Of a DNA stretch of 63,948 nucleotides, positions 48,590-58,572 are shown one piece after another. Under the pieces are notes generated by a model, which did no database searches, was not told the DNA's origin, and saw only the letters and a program-made list of their open reading frames with translations. The stretch is from a virus (lineage: Duplodnaviria > Caudoviricetes), in IMG/VR virus record IMGVR_UViG_3300046787_000415, positions 1 through 63,948 of that record; one strand, given 5' to 3'. Position numbers and translations under genes: made by a program. How positions within the stretch are numbered: the stretch's first letter is position 1; each line of letters begins with the position of its first letter.

Positions 48590-48964
48590 ATGGCAGTTCA
48601 AATACAACTACGAAATGATACAGCGGCAAACTGGACCGCAGCGAACCCAACTCTAGCTAAGGGAGAACTTGGCGTAGAGATCGACACTAACAAGATGAAA
48701 ATCGGAACTGGTGTCACTGCATGGAATGATCTTCCATATACAGGGATAGATTCACAAGAGATAGTACCTCTGGTGTCGTACTCCCACGTACAGGGTGCAG
48801 ATAGCACTATCTGGACAATCGAACACAATCTAGGCTTCTACCCTGCTGTCACGATCTTTATGAGCTCGGGCGACATTGTAGAGGGAGCTATCGAACACCA
48901 AGACACAAATAACCTAACCATCACCTTCTCGGTTGCTATCTCTGGCACCGCGTACCTCTCCTAA
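48590..48964 (+). CDS. small fibre adaptor: Mtd_N-like domain plus HNLG domain
   Basis: IQLR.DTAANW...NP.LA.GE.G.E.DT...KIG.G...WN.L.Y; W.IEHNLG.YP.V. Confidence 0.78.
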   Translation: MAVQIQLRNDTAANWTAANPTLAKGELGVEIDTNKMKIGTGVTAWNDLPYTGIDSQEIVPLVSYSHVQGADSTIWTIEHNLGFYPAVTIFMSSGDIVEGAIEHQDTNNLTITFSVAISGTAYLS

Positions 48965-48974
48965 GGAATAACAA

Positions 48975-51395
48975 ATGGCAAAGCAGTTCTTAACGAACCT
49001 GAACCTCAACAAGAATGAGCTTCAGAATGCAAGGATCCAAAACCTTGCTACAGCTCCCTCTTCGCCTGTTGTAGGTCAGATCTACTACAACACCGTAGAT
49101 TCAGCTCTAAAATACTACGACGGTACATCATGGGTGGCACTTGCTGCTGGTGGTAATGTTACCGAAGCCATCGCTGCCGCAATTACTGCGTTGGACTTGG
49201 CAAATACTTACGATGCAATTGGATCAGCGTCTGCAGCTCAGACTGCTGCAGAAGGCTATGCTGACTCTCTAGCAGTCAACTACGATGCAGCTGGTACAGC
49301 CGCAGCTGCAGGTGCCGCATCAAATGCATATGCAGATAGCCTTGCCACTAACTATGACGCCGCTGGCGCTGCTGACAACGCACTTGGCGATGCAAAAGAT
49401 TACACCAATACTGTCTCTAACACTCTCACTACTGCAATTGCAACCGCTAAATCAGAAGCTATCACTGCTGCTGAAGGTTACGCTGATACTGCAGTCGCTG
49501 CGTTAGTTGACGGTGCTCCAGATCTACTAAATACTCTAAACGAACTTGCAGCTGCTATTGCAGACAACCCGAGCTATGCAACTGACGTTGCAAACCTTGT
49601 TGCAGGTAAGCAAAACAATCTAACTGCTGGCACATCTATTAGCCTCGTAGATGATGTAATCTCTGTTGTTGCTTCAGACTTTGATGCTTCTGGATCTGCT
49701 GCATCTGCTGAAGCCGCAGCGAAGTCTTACGCAGATGGACTTGCAGCTAACTACGACGCTGCAGGCTCTGCTACTTATGCCCTTAATAGCGCCAAAGACT
49801 ACACAAATACTGTAGCAACTGGACTGCAGTCAGATATTGACAATGCTGTAGCAGGAATTTTCGCTACATCTTCTGGAGACGGTCTAAAAGTTGTTGATAG
49901 TGTACTAAGTGTCGATGCAGGTACTGGACTTGACTTCAACATTAATGGCGCTCTAAAGGTTGACCGCACAGCTACAGATGCTTGGTATGATGCAGCTGGA
50001 TCGGCCTCAACAGCTGAATCTAATGCAGCTACCTACACTGATTCGGCTGTTGCAAGTCAGGCAACAACTACAGAAGCCGCGTACAAGAACTATGCAAATG
50101 CTATTGGCACTAACGTAACTTCAGCTTTCGAGCTTGCGGACCAGGGGCTATCGCAGGACATCTCTGACCTGTCTAACACAGTAACAGCTTCTGTTAGCGG
50201 TCTTGGTACTGATATCAGCAACGCTATTCAGACCTCGAAGGACTACACCAACACTGTAGCTTCTGGTCTATCTACCGATATCAGCAACGTAGCCTCCGAC
50301 CTAACCTCTGGGCTAGACGCACTCGAGATCAGCCTAACCTCTGACTTCAACGCTGCAGATGATGTAGTTCTTTCTACTCTCCGTGGCGAGATCGCGGCTT
50401 CCGCTCAAGGGCTAGACGTAAAAGAGTCTGTAAAGGCTCTCGTTACAACTAATGTAAATATCGCTACTACCATGACAATCTACGACCAGATTGTGGATGG
50501 ACCAGGAGTAGACGGGGTACCATTTACAAACGGAGTACCAGTCCGACTACTCCTTGTCGGTCAGACAGATGCTTCAGAGAATGGTATCTATGTACACAAC
50601 TATGGTGCAAATACTTGGACCCGTGCCGACGATGCGTTAGAGATCACCCCAGGAACCTTCACCTTTGTTGAGTCAGGAACCGTTCACGGAGACACTGGCT
50701 GGGTAGTCACAACTGATGGCGATATCGTAGTAGGTACTACTTCAATTTCATGGACTCAGTTCTCTGGTACTGGTCAAATCACAGCTGGAAATGGCATCAC
50801 CAAGAGCGGCAGCACCCTCTCAGCTGCAGCTGGTTCTGGAATTACTGTTGATGTAAACGGCATCTCAATTGCGTCTGACTACGCTGGTCAGTCTTCAATC
50901 GATACAGTCGGAACCATCACTTCTGGTACATGGAATGGCTCAACCATTGATGTTGCTAACGGTGGTACTGGAGCTAGCTCACTTACTGGTTATGTAGTAG
51001 GTAACGGCACCGATCCTCTAGGCGCTCTAGCTGTAATACCTGGTTCAGACATCGATGGTGACATCTCTGGAAACGCCGAGAACGTAAATGGAACCGTGGC
51101 AATTGCTAACGGTGGTACTGGAGCAACTACTGCTGCTGGTGCACGTTCAAACCTTGGTGCAACCACTAAGTACTCAGAGAACAACTCAAGCTTGACTCCT
51201 TCAGCTGGTGTTGTTACCTGGACCGTAACCCACGGGATTGGCACCCTCGATGTGACAGTCCAGATCCGCGACCTAGCAGATAACTCGCTAGTGGAAGCTG
51301 ATGTAATGGTTACAAGCACCAATGCAGTCACTATTTCATGGATCGCTAGCTCAACTGTTTCAGCTGACAGCTACCGTGTAGTGGTAATCGGTTAA
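48975..51395 (+). CDS. long tail fibre protein
   Basis: Ala-rich YADSLA.NYDAAG.A repeats; LNTLNELAAA; Q....ENGIY...W.RA.D; V.NGGTGA repeats. Confidence 0.82.
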   Translation: MAKQFLTNLNLNKNELQNARIQNLATAPSSPVVGQIYYNTVDSALKYYDGTSWVALAAGGNVTEAIAAAITALDLANTYDAIGSASAAQTAAEGYADSLAVNYDAAGTAAAAGAASNAYADSLATNYDAAGAADNALGDAKDYTNTVSNTLTTAIATAKSEAITAAEGYADTAVAALVDGAPDLLNTLNELAAAIADNPSYATDVANLVAGKQNNLTAGTSISLVDDVISVVASDFDASGSAASAEAAAKSYADGLAANYDAAGSATYALNSAKDYTNTVATGLQSDIDNAVAGIFATSSGDGLKVVDSVLSVDAGTGLDFNINGALKVDRTATDAWYDAAGSASTAESNAATYTDSAVASQATTTEAAYKNYANAIGTNVTSAFELADQGLSQDISDLSNTVTASVSGLGTDISNAIQTSKDYTNTVASGLSTDISNVASDLTSGLDALEISLTSDFNAADDVVLSTLRGEIAASAQGLDVKESVKALVTTNVNIATTMTIYDQIVDGPGVDGVPFTNGVPVRLLLVGQTDASENGIYVHNYGANTWTRADDALEITPGTFTFVESGTVHGDTGWVVTTDGDIVVGTTSISWTQFSGTGQITAGNGITKSGSTLSAAAGSGITVDVNGISIASDYAGQSSIDTVGTITSGTWNGSTIDVANGGTGASSLTGYVVGNGTDPLGALAVIPGSDIDGDISGNAENVNGTVAIANGGTGATTAAGARSNLGATTKYSENNSSLTPSAGVVTWTVTHGIGTLDVTVQIRDLADNSLVEADVMVTSTNAVTISWIASSTVSADSYRVVVIG

Positions 51396-51435
51396 TAGTA
51401 AAATATTTAGACAGACTAAGGAAAAGGTCACTTAA

Positions 51436-51663
51436 ATGGCAAAGAAGTTTCTCTCCCCGATTAACATCGTTAACGGAACAGAGTATCCAGTTCAGGCATC
51501 TTCTGGTGACCTTTTCTTTAGATCTGACTTAGGAGCTATGTACACCTACGATGGTTCGGCATGGGTCTCTATGACAGCTTCAGACATTACAAATGTAGAT
51601 GGTGGAAATGCATCAAGTGCGTACAACATCAACTACGACGGTGGAAACCCTTCCAGCTTCTAG
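51436..51663 (+). CDS. small fibre adaptor protein
   Basis: N-terminus MAKKFL similar to 48975; C-terminal DGG motifs. Confidence 0.7.
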   Translation: MAKKFLSPINIVNGTEYPVQASSGDLFFRSDLGAMYTYDGSAWVSMTASDITNVDGGNASSAYNINYDGGNPSSF

Positions 51664-51684
51664 AGTATATAAGGAATAAGACAA

Positions 51685-53886
51685 ATGGCAGTTAGAATTC
51701 AGTTCAGACGCGGCACCGCCGCTGAGTGGGCAAATGCTAATCCAGTACTAGCCGCTGGTGAACTAGGTTATGAGTCAGATACTGGCTCGTTCAAAATTGG
51801 TGACGCTACCAACAACTGGAACGCACTTTCATATGGTGCAATCAGTCAGTCATATGTAGACAATGCGCTTGCAGATGTAGTAGGTCTTGCCCCAGAGACT
51901 CTAGATACTCTAGCCGAGCTAGCTGCCTCTATTGGCGGCGACGCGAACTTCGGTAACACAGTTACAACTGGGTTAGCAACACTAGACGCCCACATAGATG
52001 ACTCTACAAATGTACATGGGATTGCAGATACTGCAGCTCTAGAAACTCAGACTGGCGCTCAAAACAAGGCAAATGCTGCTCAGGCAAACGCTGCGTCATA
52101 TACAGACACAGCCGTTGCTAATTTAGTAGACTCGGCTCCAGGGACTCTAAATACCCTGAATGAACTTGCAGCAGCTCTTTCGGATGACCCTAATTTTGCA
52201 ACCACCATAACTACATCGCTCGGTGGAAAAATTAATTTTGTAGTGGATACTGCTGCTAATTTTGCAGCCGCAAACGCAATAACTACAGTAGATACTCTAT
52301 ACATTGAAAGCGATCATGCTGGCTTTGTGCGCGTTGGCGATGGGGTCACACACTACAACAACTTAGATTTTGTTGGCAAGTCATACGCTGACAATCTGAT
52401 AAACGATCATGAAAACTTGGATACTAACGTTCACGGTATCTCCAATACCGCGAACTTGGCATACCAGACTGACATCACTAGCGCCCTAAATGCTACCTCA
52501 GACGTAGCAAATACACTGAGCAGCCACGAAGATCTAACTTCTGGGGTTCATGGCATCGCTAGCGTTGCTGACCTAGTAGTTACTTCAGGCCTAAACTCAG
52601 CTATAGATGTCCACAACTCGGACACCACTAACGTTCACGGTATTGCAAATACTGCAGAGCTAGTTACCACAACTATTTTGGCAGCACACTCAGATGATAC
52701 GATCAACGTTCACGGTATCGCAGACACTAGCACCCTAGTTGTTGCCTCGGACCTAGATGCTTATGCTCAATTGGATAGCCCTAGCTTCACTGGTACCGTT
52801 GCACTACCATCATCTACCTCGGTAGGAGACGTATCAGCTGCAGAACTTAGCTATGTAAATGGTGTCACTGGTTCAATTCAGACTCAGTTGGATTCAAAGC
52901 TTGACTCATCCACTGCAGCCACTACCTATGCCCCGCTAGCCGCTCCAACCTTCACTGGCACTGTAGGCCTACCATCGACTACTTCAATAGGAGATGTATC
53001 TGATGTAGAGATTGGCTACTTGAATGGCGTAACCTCTGCAATTCAGACTCAGATTGACACTAAAGCACCAACTGCAAATGCAACCTTCACTGGCACTACC
53101 TCTGGTATCACAAAGGGAATGGTTGGCCTGGGCAGTGTCGACAATACCGCCGATGCAGACAAGCCAATCTCTGATTCCGCTCAAGCTGCACTAGATTTAA
53201 AGGCAAACCTTGCTGGGGCAATCTTTAGCGGTGATGTGACCGTTACTGGTGACTTCACGGTAACTGGTACCACTACTACCGTTAACACCTCTAATTTCAC
53301 AACTTCAGACCCTCTCATATACCTAGGCGAGGGCAACGTTGGCAACACTGCTGACCTTGGCTTTGTAGCAAACTTCGATGACGGTACCTATCAACACACT
53401 GGGCTAGTTCGCGACGCATCCGCTAATACTTGGAAGCTATTTAAAGGTGTAACAGATGAGCCAACTGCCACAGTGAACTTTGGTCAGGGGTCACTTGATA
53501 ACCTAGCTGCAAATAACATTTCTGTAGCTGGAGTCGCGTTCACCGATGGTACTCAAACAAAAGTTGGCGTACCTTCAATATCTAGTTTTATATACAAGAC
53601 CTCTGGGTACACTCTAGACTCACTGTCCTTGCGGGACGGCATTATCGAAGTGGCAAATACCTTGCCATCGACTATTACAATCCCTCTGGACTCTGCTGTA
53701 GATTATCCGATCGGTACTAGCATTGACATTCTTCAGACATCAACTGGTCAAGTGACTATCGCTGGTTCTGGTGGAGTTACTATCAATTCAACTCCTGGAC
53801 TGAAACTAAGGACTCAGTGGTCATCTGCTACACTATTAAAGAGAGCTGCTAACACCTGGATCGTCTACGGCGACCTGACTGCTTAG
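51685..53886 (+). CDS. tail fibre protein with Mtd_N-like N-terminus and H-x7-HG repeats
   Basis: MAVRIQFRRGTA..W...NP.LA.GE; five VHGI repeats; C-terminal W.VYGDL domain. Confidence 0.82.
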   Translation: MAVRIQFRRGTAAEWANANPVLAAGELGYESDTGSFKIGDATNNWNALSYGAISQSYVDNALADVVGLAPETLDTLAELAASIGGDANFGNTVTTGLATLDAHIDDSTNVHGIADTAALETQTGAQNKANAAQANAASYTDTAVANLVDSAPGTLNTLNELAAALSDDPNFATTITTSLGGKINFVVDTAANFAAANAITTVDTLYIESDHAGFVRVGDGVTHYNNLDFVGKSYADNLINDHENLDTNVHGISNTANLAYQTDITSALNATSDVANTLSSHEDLTSGVHGIASVADLVVTSGLNSAIDVHNSDTTNVHGIANTAELVTTTILAAHSDDTINVHGIADTSTLVVASDLDAYAQLDSPSFTGTVALPSSTSVGDVSAAELSYVNGVTGSIQTQLDSKLDSSTAATTYAPLAAPTFTGTVGLPSTTSIGDVSDVEIGYLNGVTSAIQTQIDTKAPTANATFTGTTSGITKGMVGLGSVDNTADADKPISDSAQAALDLKANLAGAIFSGDVTVTGDFTVTGTTTTVNTSNFTTSDPLIYLGEGNVGNTADLGFVANFDDGTYQHTGLVRDASANTWKLFKGVTDEPTATVNFGQGSLDNLAANNISVAGVAFTDGTQTKVGVPSISSFIYKTSGYTLDSLSLRDGIIEVANTLPSTITIPLDSAVDYPIGTSIDILQTSTGQVTIAGSGGVTINSTPGLKLRTQWSSATLLKRAANTWIVYGDLTA

Positions 53887-53904
53887 TACTTAGGGAGATA
53901 AAAA

Positions 53905-54798
53905 ATGGCAAAGAAAGAGGCTGGCGGCCGTTCCGCTGCTCAAAATGACTTCCTGGAGCCCTTGGCACCAGAGAATGTGACCGCGACTGATGTAGGCACT
54001 AACCGTGCCTACGATAATGGCGCACTTACAATTACCTGGACGATTAATGCTTTATCTCCAGCGCCTACAGACTATCTAGTAGTCAATAGCGCTGGTACAA
54101 CCATCGGCAGCGGAACTCTTCCTACACCATCTAACGGTACATACACAGCTACAGTTACAGGACTAGCTAGCAACTCTTCAGTCACAGCTATTGTCAAGCT
54201 ATCTAATGCCGCTGGAACTTCTCAGGGGACTGCGGCACCTGCTAGAACCGTGACTACTGTACCAGCTAAGCCCGCTGCACCAACAGCATCTTCAACAGTG
54301 CCAGACCAAGACTCTGTCTCTTGGACAGCACCAGCCGACGGTGGAAAAGCTATTTCCAGCTACACCTGGGCATCTACAGATGCTAAGGGAAATACAGTCG
54401 CTTCAACTATCACTTCAATAGTTGTTCCACAGGAAATGAATACAGCGCAGCAGTACAGTGTTATTGCGACTAACGCTAACGGTAATTCTGCTGCATCAGA
54501 TCTGTCAGGTAACGTAACAACACTACCTCCGTTCTTCCCACCATTCTTCCCACCTTTCTTCCCACCTTTCTTCCCATTCTTCCCACCTTTCTTCCCACCA
54601 TTCTTCCCGTTCTTCCCACCTTTCTTCCCACCATTCTTCCCGTTCTTCCCACCTTTCTTCCCTCCTTTCTTCCCTCCATTCTTCCCACCATTCTTCCCGT
54701 TCTTCCCACCTTTCTTCCCTCCTTTCTTCCCGCCATACTTCGCTTACTCGATTCCATGGGAATCATGGGAAGAGCTAAAGGAAGACGACGATAAGTAG
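53905..54798 (+). CDS. FN3-domain virion appendage protein with C-terminal (PPFF)n tract
   Basis: two FN3-like domains (W.AP.DGG..I..Y); 72-aa Pro/Phe tract; acidic tail. Confidence 0.8.
   Translation: MAKKEAGGRSAAQNDFLEPLAPENVTATDVGTNRAYDNGALTITWTINALSPAPTDYLVVNSAGTTIGSGTLPTPSNGTYTATVTGLASNSSVTAIVKLSNAAGTSQGTAAPARTVTTVPAKPAAPTASSTVPDQDSVSWTAPADGGKAISSYTWASTDAKGNTVASTITSIVVPQEMNTAQQYSVIATNANGNSAASDLSGNVTTLPPFFPPFFPPFFPPFFPFFPPFFPPFFPFFPPFFPPFFPFFPPFFPPFFPPFFPPFFPFFPPFFPPFFPPYFAYSIPWESWEELKEDDDK
54526..54741 (+). repeat. coding tandem repeat: 14 x PPFF, 4 x PFF, 1 x PPYF
   Basis: CCN-CCN-TTC-TTC units with varied Pro wobble bases. Confidence 0.95.
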
Positions 54799-54813
54799 TC
54801 TCCAAAAAGAGAT

Positions 54814-54846
54814 AGCGGCTAGAGAAATCTAGCCGCTTTTCTTTTT
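54814..54846 (+). terminator. intrinsic terminator after the fibre operon
   Basis: AGCGGCTAGA-GAAA-TCTAGCCGCT followed by TTTCTTTTT. Confidence 0.85.
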
Positions 54847-54867
54847 ATCTGTAGTAGGATATCTACT

Positions 54868-55599
54868 ATGAATATTTGGTTCACTAAAGATAGATCAGAG
54901 ACTGCATCCTCTAGAATGGCAGACCGCCAACTAGGCCATATGTCAGTACTCAATCCAGCACTAGGTATAAACGTCTATCGAAACGCTATATCAGCATCCG
55001 ACTGCGACAGATACATCTCTCAGTTGGAGGCCAATTTAGACGGCAGCACCCAGTTTCAGTGGAGCAATGCCAAAGTCTCCAACTCTGCTGAGGTCGATGA
55101 TTACGCTAGAAAAGCTCAGGACTTCAAGGTTTCAAGCAACAACTTAGGGCCTAGAACTTCAGAGAACTCTACCCTCTACGATCTCCACGAAGAGATTTTT
55201 CAGAAGCTACGCATGTGCGTCGATGACTACGGAGCCTACTGGGGCGTAGGCATACGAGCTTACGAAGCATTTAATTTTGTAAAGTATGAAGGTGCTGGCA
55301 CTCAGTTTAGGATTCACGCCGATCACGGGCCAACATACGTCGCAACAATATCTGCCGTTATATATTTAAATGATAACTACGAAGGCGGGGAGCTCTGGTT
55401 CCCACGATTCGGTGTAGACTTAAAGCCGAAACAGGGCGATATTGCAATTTTCCCTTCTACATTCATTTACGAGCATGCCTCGAAAGAAATGATAGACGGG
55501 ACCAAGTATGCCGTAGTTGTTATGACTGACTATCACGATAGAGATGGCGTCAATCAAAGAGTTTCCCAAGTTGTCGAAGACTATAAACTAAAGTACTAA
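54868..55599 (+). CDS. 2OG-Fe(II) oxygenase (prolyl 4-hydroxylase-like)
   Basis: HADHG, YLNDNYEGGEL, FPS...H......G.KY. Confidence 0.9.
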   Translation: MNIWFTKDRSETASSRMADRQLGHMSVLNPALGINVYRNAISASDCDRYISQLEANLDGSTQFQWSNAKVSNSAEVDDYARKAQDFKVSSNNLGPRTSENSTLYDLHEEIFQKLRMCVDDYGAYWGVGIRAYEAFNFVKYEGAGTQFRIHADHGPTYVATISAVIYLNDNYEGGELWFPRFGVDLKPKQGDIAIFPSTFIYEHASKEMIDGTKYAVVVMTDYHDRDGVNQRVSQVVEDYKLKY

Positions 55600-55607
55600 G
55601 GATAAAA

Positions 55608-56390
55608 ATGGCACAGGACCTAACTCCAGAAGAGCTAGTAGAGAAGCAAAAAGCAGACGCCGCTATTGATCTAAAGGGCAAGCAAGAGCAGCAAAATCTT
55701 CAAAATAGATTAGCTAAGTGGTACACCTTAGATGAGCAAACATGGTCATCCTCTCAGGAAGTAATCCCTGGTAGCGGTATCTGGGTCTATAGGGACGTTC
55801 TCCCTAAAGAGATGAATATCATTAAGCGACTAGAGTCTGTTGTAGACGATCCATCCAATAACTATGACTGGCGTGAAGCTATGGTTGGGTATCAAATGAA
55901 GATGCCAGAGTATCGCGACTGCGTAGATTTTAAATACAAGAAGACCGACATAGAGCATGACAGTTCTGAAGCTGGAGAAATCCTAAAGAAGCTAGCAGAT
56001 GACGTGACATATAGAGAACTCCAGGTAGTTAAGGACTATACCCGCCACTACAACATCGGCGAGCTTCGCTACTGGGAAGCGACTAACTACGTTCGTTACG
56101 GCGAAGGCCAGCACTTCCAGGAGCACCACGATCACGGCTACTCATACAACTGCGTAGTCTCTCTAGTAGCATTTCCAAACGACGAGTATGAGGGGGGCGA
56201 GCTGTTCTTTAGACTGCAGAACGCGCAAATAAAGGCTCGCGCTGGTGATGTATATATCTTTCCATCGAACTTCATGTATCCTCACCGCGCTATGCCAGTG
56301 AAGTCAGGTGTCAAATACTCAATGGTTACGATGCTAGATTTCTCTGAAAAATATCACCGCCCAGAATTCTATGAAGATACAGACGCATAG
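55608..56390 (+). CDS. 2OG-Fe(II) oxygenase (prolyl 4-hydroxylase-like)
   Basis: HHDHG, NDEYEGGEL, FPSN..YPH....V.SG.KYS. Confidence 0.9.
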   Translation: MAQDLTPEELVEKQKADAAIDLKGKQEQQNLQNRLAKWYTLDEQTWSSSQEVIPGSGIWVYRDVLPKEMNIIKRLESVVDDPSNNYDWREAMVGYQMKMPEYRDCVDFKYKKTDIEHDSSEAGEILKKLADDVTYRELQVVKDYTRHYNIGELRYWEATNYVRYGEGQHFQEHHDHGYSYNCVVSLVAFPNDEYEGGELFFRLQNAQIKARAGDVYIFPSNFMYPHRAMPVKSGVKYSMVTMLDFSEKYHRPEFYEDTDA

Positions 56391-57157
56391 TGAGTGTTAT
56401 CAAAGTCCAAAAGCTTTTCCCCGAGGGTAAAACAGCTAACATAGAGCAGCTCCAAGCTCGTCGAGATTGGATGGATAGTACCGACGATAAGCACGCCTAC
56501 ATGTGCTTCCCGATCAATCTGACTAATAGACTTGGATGGGGGATATCGTTTCCCGAGGATCTTAGGTTCATCTGGGACGGCATAACTGACACCACTCCAG
56601 ACCATGTGACGATTTTAGAGGGTCATCAGTTTCTAAATACTGGTAGAGGAAACGCCACTATTAGTTTTACTACTGGATTGAAACTTATAACCGACTCTGA
56701 TACTACGATGTTGACCATGCCAGTCCCTAATCAATTTATTAGAGGGACCCAGTGCTATACGACTCTAATGAGTACCTCGTTCTATATGCACATGTTGCCT
56801 ATAGCCTGGCGACTCACTGAGCCTAATGTAGAAATATATATCCCTGCGGGGACACCAATTGCCGCAGTATTGCCAATATCATTGAACGCCCTGCAGCAGG
56901 ACTACAGCCTAGAAATTTTAGATGGCCTTCCGACCCAGGAGTACTGGCAGGAAGTTCGCAAGTATGGCGACATCCAAGAAATCAAGAATGGTGTAGGCGA
57001 TTGGTCAAAAATGTACCGAGATGCTGTCGACTATAGAGGAGAAACAGTGGGAGCCCACGAAACAAAATCAATCAAGCTTAAGACAGTAACGTGCCCATTC
57101 ACTGGCCAGACCTATGAAGTAGAGGAGGGGGAGTCGGATGGACACTCAGAAAGCTAA
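56390..57157 (+). CDS. DUF6065-like protein
   Basis: RDWMD.T..KHAY.C.P....N..GW; I.AGTPIA.VLPI. Confidence 0.65.
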   Translation: MSVIKVQKLFPEGKTANIEQLQARRDWMDSTDDKHAYMCFPINLTNRLGWGISFPEDLRFIWDGITDTTPDHVTILEGHQFLNTGRGNATISFTTGLKLITDSDTTMLTMPVPNQFIRGTQCYTTLMSTSFYMHMLPIAWRLTEPNVEIYIPAGTPIAAVLPISLNALQQDYSLEILDGLPTQEYWQEVRKYGDIQEIKNGVGDWSKMYRDAVDYRGETVGAHETKSIKLKTVTCPFTGQTYEVEEGESDGHSES

Positions 57158-57878
57158 ATTCATACTAAATAGACCGTGGCTCAATAACGAGAGCCCGTCT
57201 AAGCCAGGACCTGCAATAAAGACTATTCCAGATTGGTATAGAAACGCAGATCGTTTTGCTGTCAACCCAATGACGGGGAAGCCCTGGGAGATGCCAAACG
57301 GTGGAGGTAAGATTCCCACATGGAAGGCGTGTCCAGCCGTATACGACATCATGGGCAGCGGGTATATGTATAAGACTCCCTGCGATATAGAGTTCTACGA
57401 GGATTCTATGGGGCAAATCCAAGTTAAAGTTTTGGACGAGAAGAATAAAGATTTTATCCAAGAACGTATGCCGATGCCGCAATTCCATAACCCATATGGA
57501 TACCACGAGAAGCATTTTGCTTGGTGGGCTGACTGGGCCGTAGAGCTGCCTGAAGGCTACAGCGCTCTATATACCCAGCCTTTCAACCGTTTCGAGTTAC
57601 CATTCCTGACGACCAGCGGGATTATCGACAATGACAAGGTGCATTTACCTGGCACTATGCCATTCTTCATTGCTAAAGGATTCAAGGGGACTATCCCAGC
57701 TGGCACACCCTACGCCCAGATACTTCCGTTCAAGCGCGAGAACTGGGAGTCGGAGACGATTACTAAGTTCGGGCCTATGGAGATGATGGCAAAAAATCAG
57801 GAAAATAGTGTTAAATATCGAGTTCCAGATGGCGGCGTATATCAACGCGAGGTCTGGGAACGACGTAAGTACGAGTAG
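57138..57878 (+). CDS. DUF6065-related (dUTPase-like beta fold) protein
   Basis: PDWY...TWKACP...GY; P.GYSAL.TQP.NR; SGIID.D; IPAGTP.AQ..PFKRE.W. Confidence 0.6.
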   Translation: MDTQKAKFILNRPWLNNESPSKPGPAIKTIPDWYRNADRFAVNPMTGKPWEMPNGGGKIPTWKACPAVYDIMGSGYMYKTPCDIEFYEDSMGQIQVKVLDEKNKDFIQERMPMPQFHNPYGYHEKHFAWWADWAVELPEGYSALYTQPFNRFELPFLTTSGIIDNDKVHLPGTMPFFIAKGFKGTIPAGTPYAQILPFKRENWESETITKFGPMEMMAKNQENSVKYRVPDGGVYQREVWERRKYE

Positions 57879-57892
57879 GGTAGGATAGCTAT

Positions 57893-58570
57893 ATGGCAAT
57901 GACAGCGCATGTTACTAACGGTAGCGATAGACCTTATGAATCAACCACGCCTTCTGGATTTTTCGGTGACTCTAAAGACAACATTGTTGCACTCGAAAAC
58001 TTTATGACCGAGGATGAGCTCAGAATTTTAACGGAGTTCGCCAAGACTAACCAGACCTGGGATAAAACCGAGACTCACTACAACGAGGACGGAACTGTCA
58101 TTTATGACTCTGGCTACTGGGACCATAGAGTTGCTACTGCCCCTACGCTAAACAGCGTGGATCCTTCGATCTCGGAACTTATTGTGGGCATGCAGCTTCG
58201 ACTAAAGGAGAAGGTAGACGAGTTCTTTAGCGTGGATGCGCATGCGACTAGCCCTGCAATCGTTAGGTGGCTTCCTGGCCAGCGCCAACAGCCTCATGCC
58301 GATAAAGAGCTTCACGAGGGCGAAAACCGCGGCAAGCCGAACGACTTCCCATACTACGACATCGCTGGTCTTTTCTACATCAACGATGACTACGAAGGTG
58401 GTGAACTATACTTCCCTAACCAGGGGATTCAGTTTAAACCTAAGGCTGGAGCGGCATACTTCTTTCCTGGTGACATGCACTACATCCATGGAGTGACGGA
58501 GATTAGGTCTGGAATTAGATATGTATGCCCATTCTTTTGGACTATAAAACGTCACTTAGATAAGGGTTAA
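57893..58570 (+). CDS. 2OG-Fe(II) oxygenase
   Basis: PHAD, YINDDYEGGELYF, HGV....G.RY. Confidence 0.9.
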   Translation: MAMTAHVTNGSDRPYESTTPSGFFGDSKDNIVALENFMTEDELRILTEFAKTNQTWDKTETHYNEDGTVIYDSGYWDHRVATAPTLNSVDPSISELIVGMQLRLKEKVDEFFSVDAHATSPAIVRWLPGQRQQPHADKELHEGENRGKPNDFPYYDIAGLFYINDDYEGGELYFPNQGIQFKPKAGAAYFFPGDMHYIHGVTEIRSGIRYVCPFFWTIKRHLDKG

Positions 58571-58572
58571 AT

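Noticed and set aside
48590-53886. Diversity-generating retroelement suggested by Mtd_N-like domains
   Set aside because: No reverse transcriptase and no template/variable repeat pair seen; Mtd_N is only a structural module
54476-54805. Antisense ORF with GRKV/GRMV repeats
   Set aside because: It is the mirror of the PPFF coding repeat, with no RBS or promoter support
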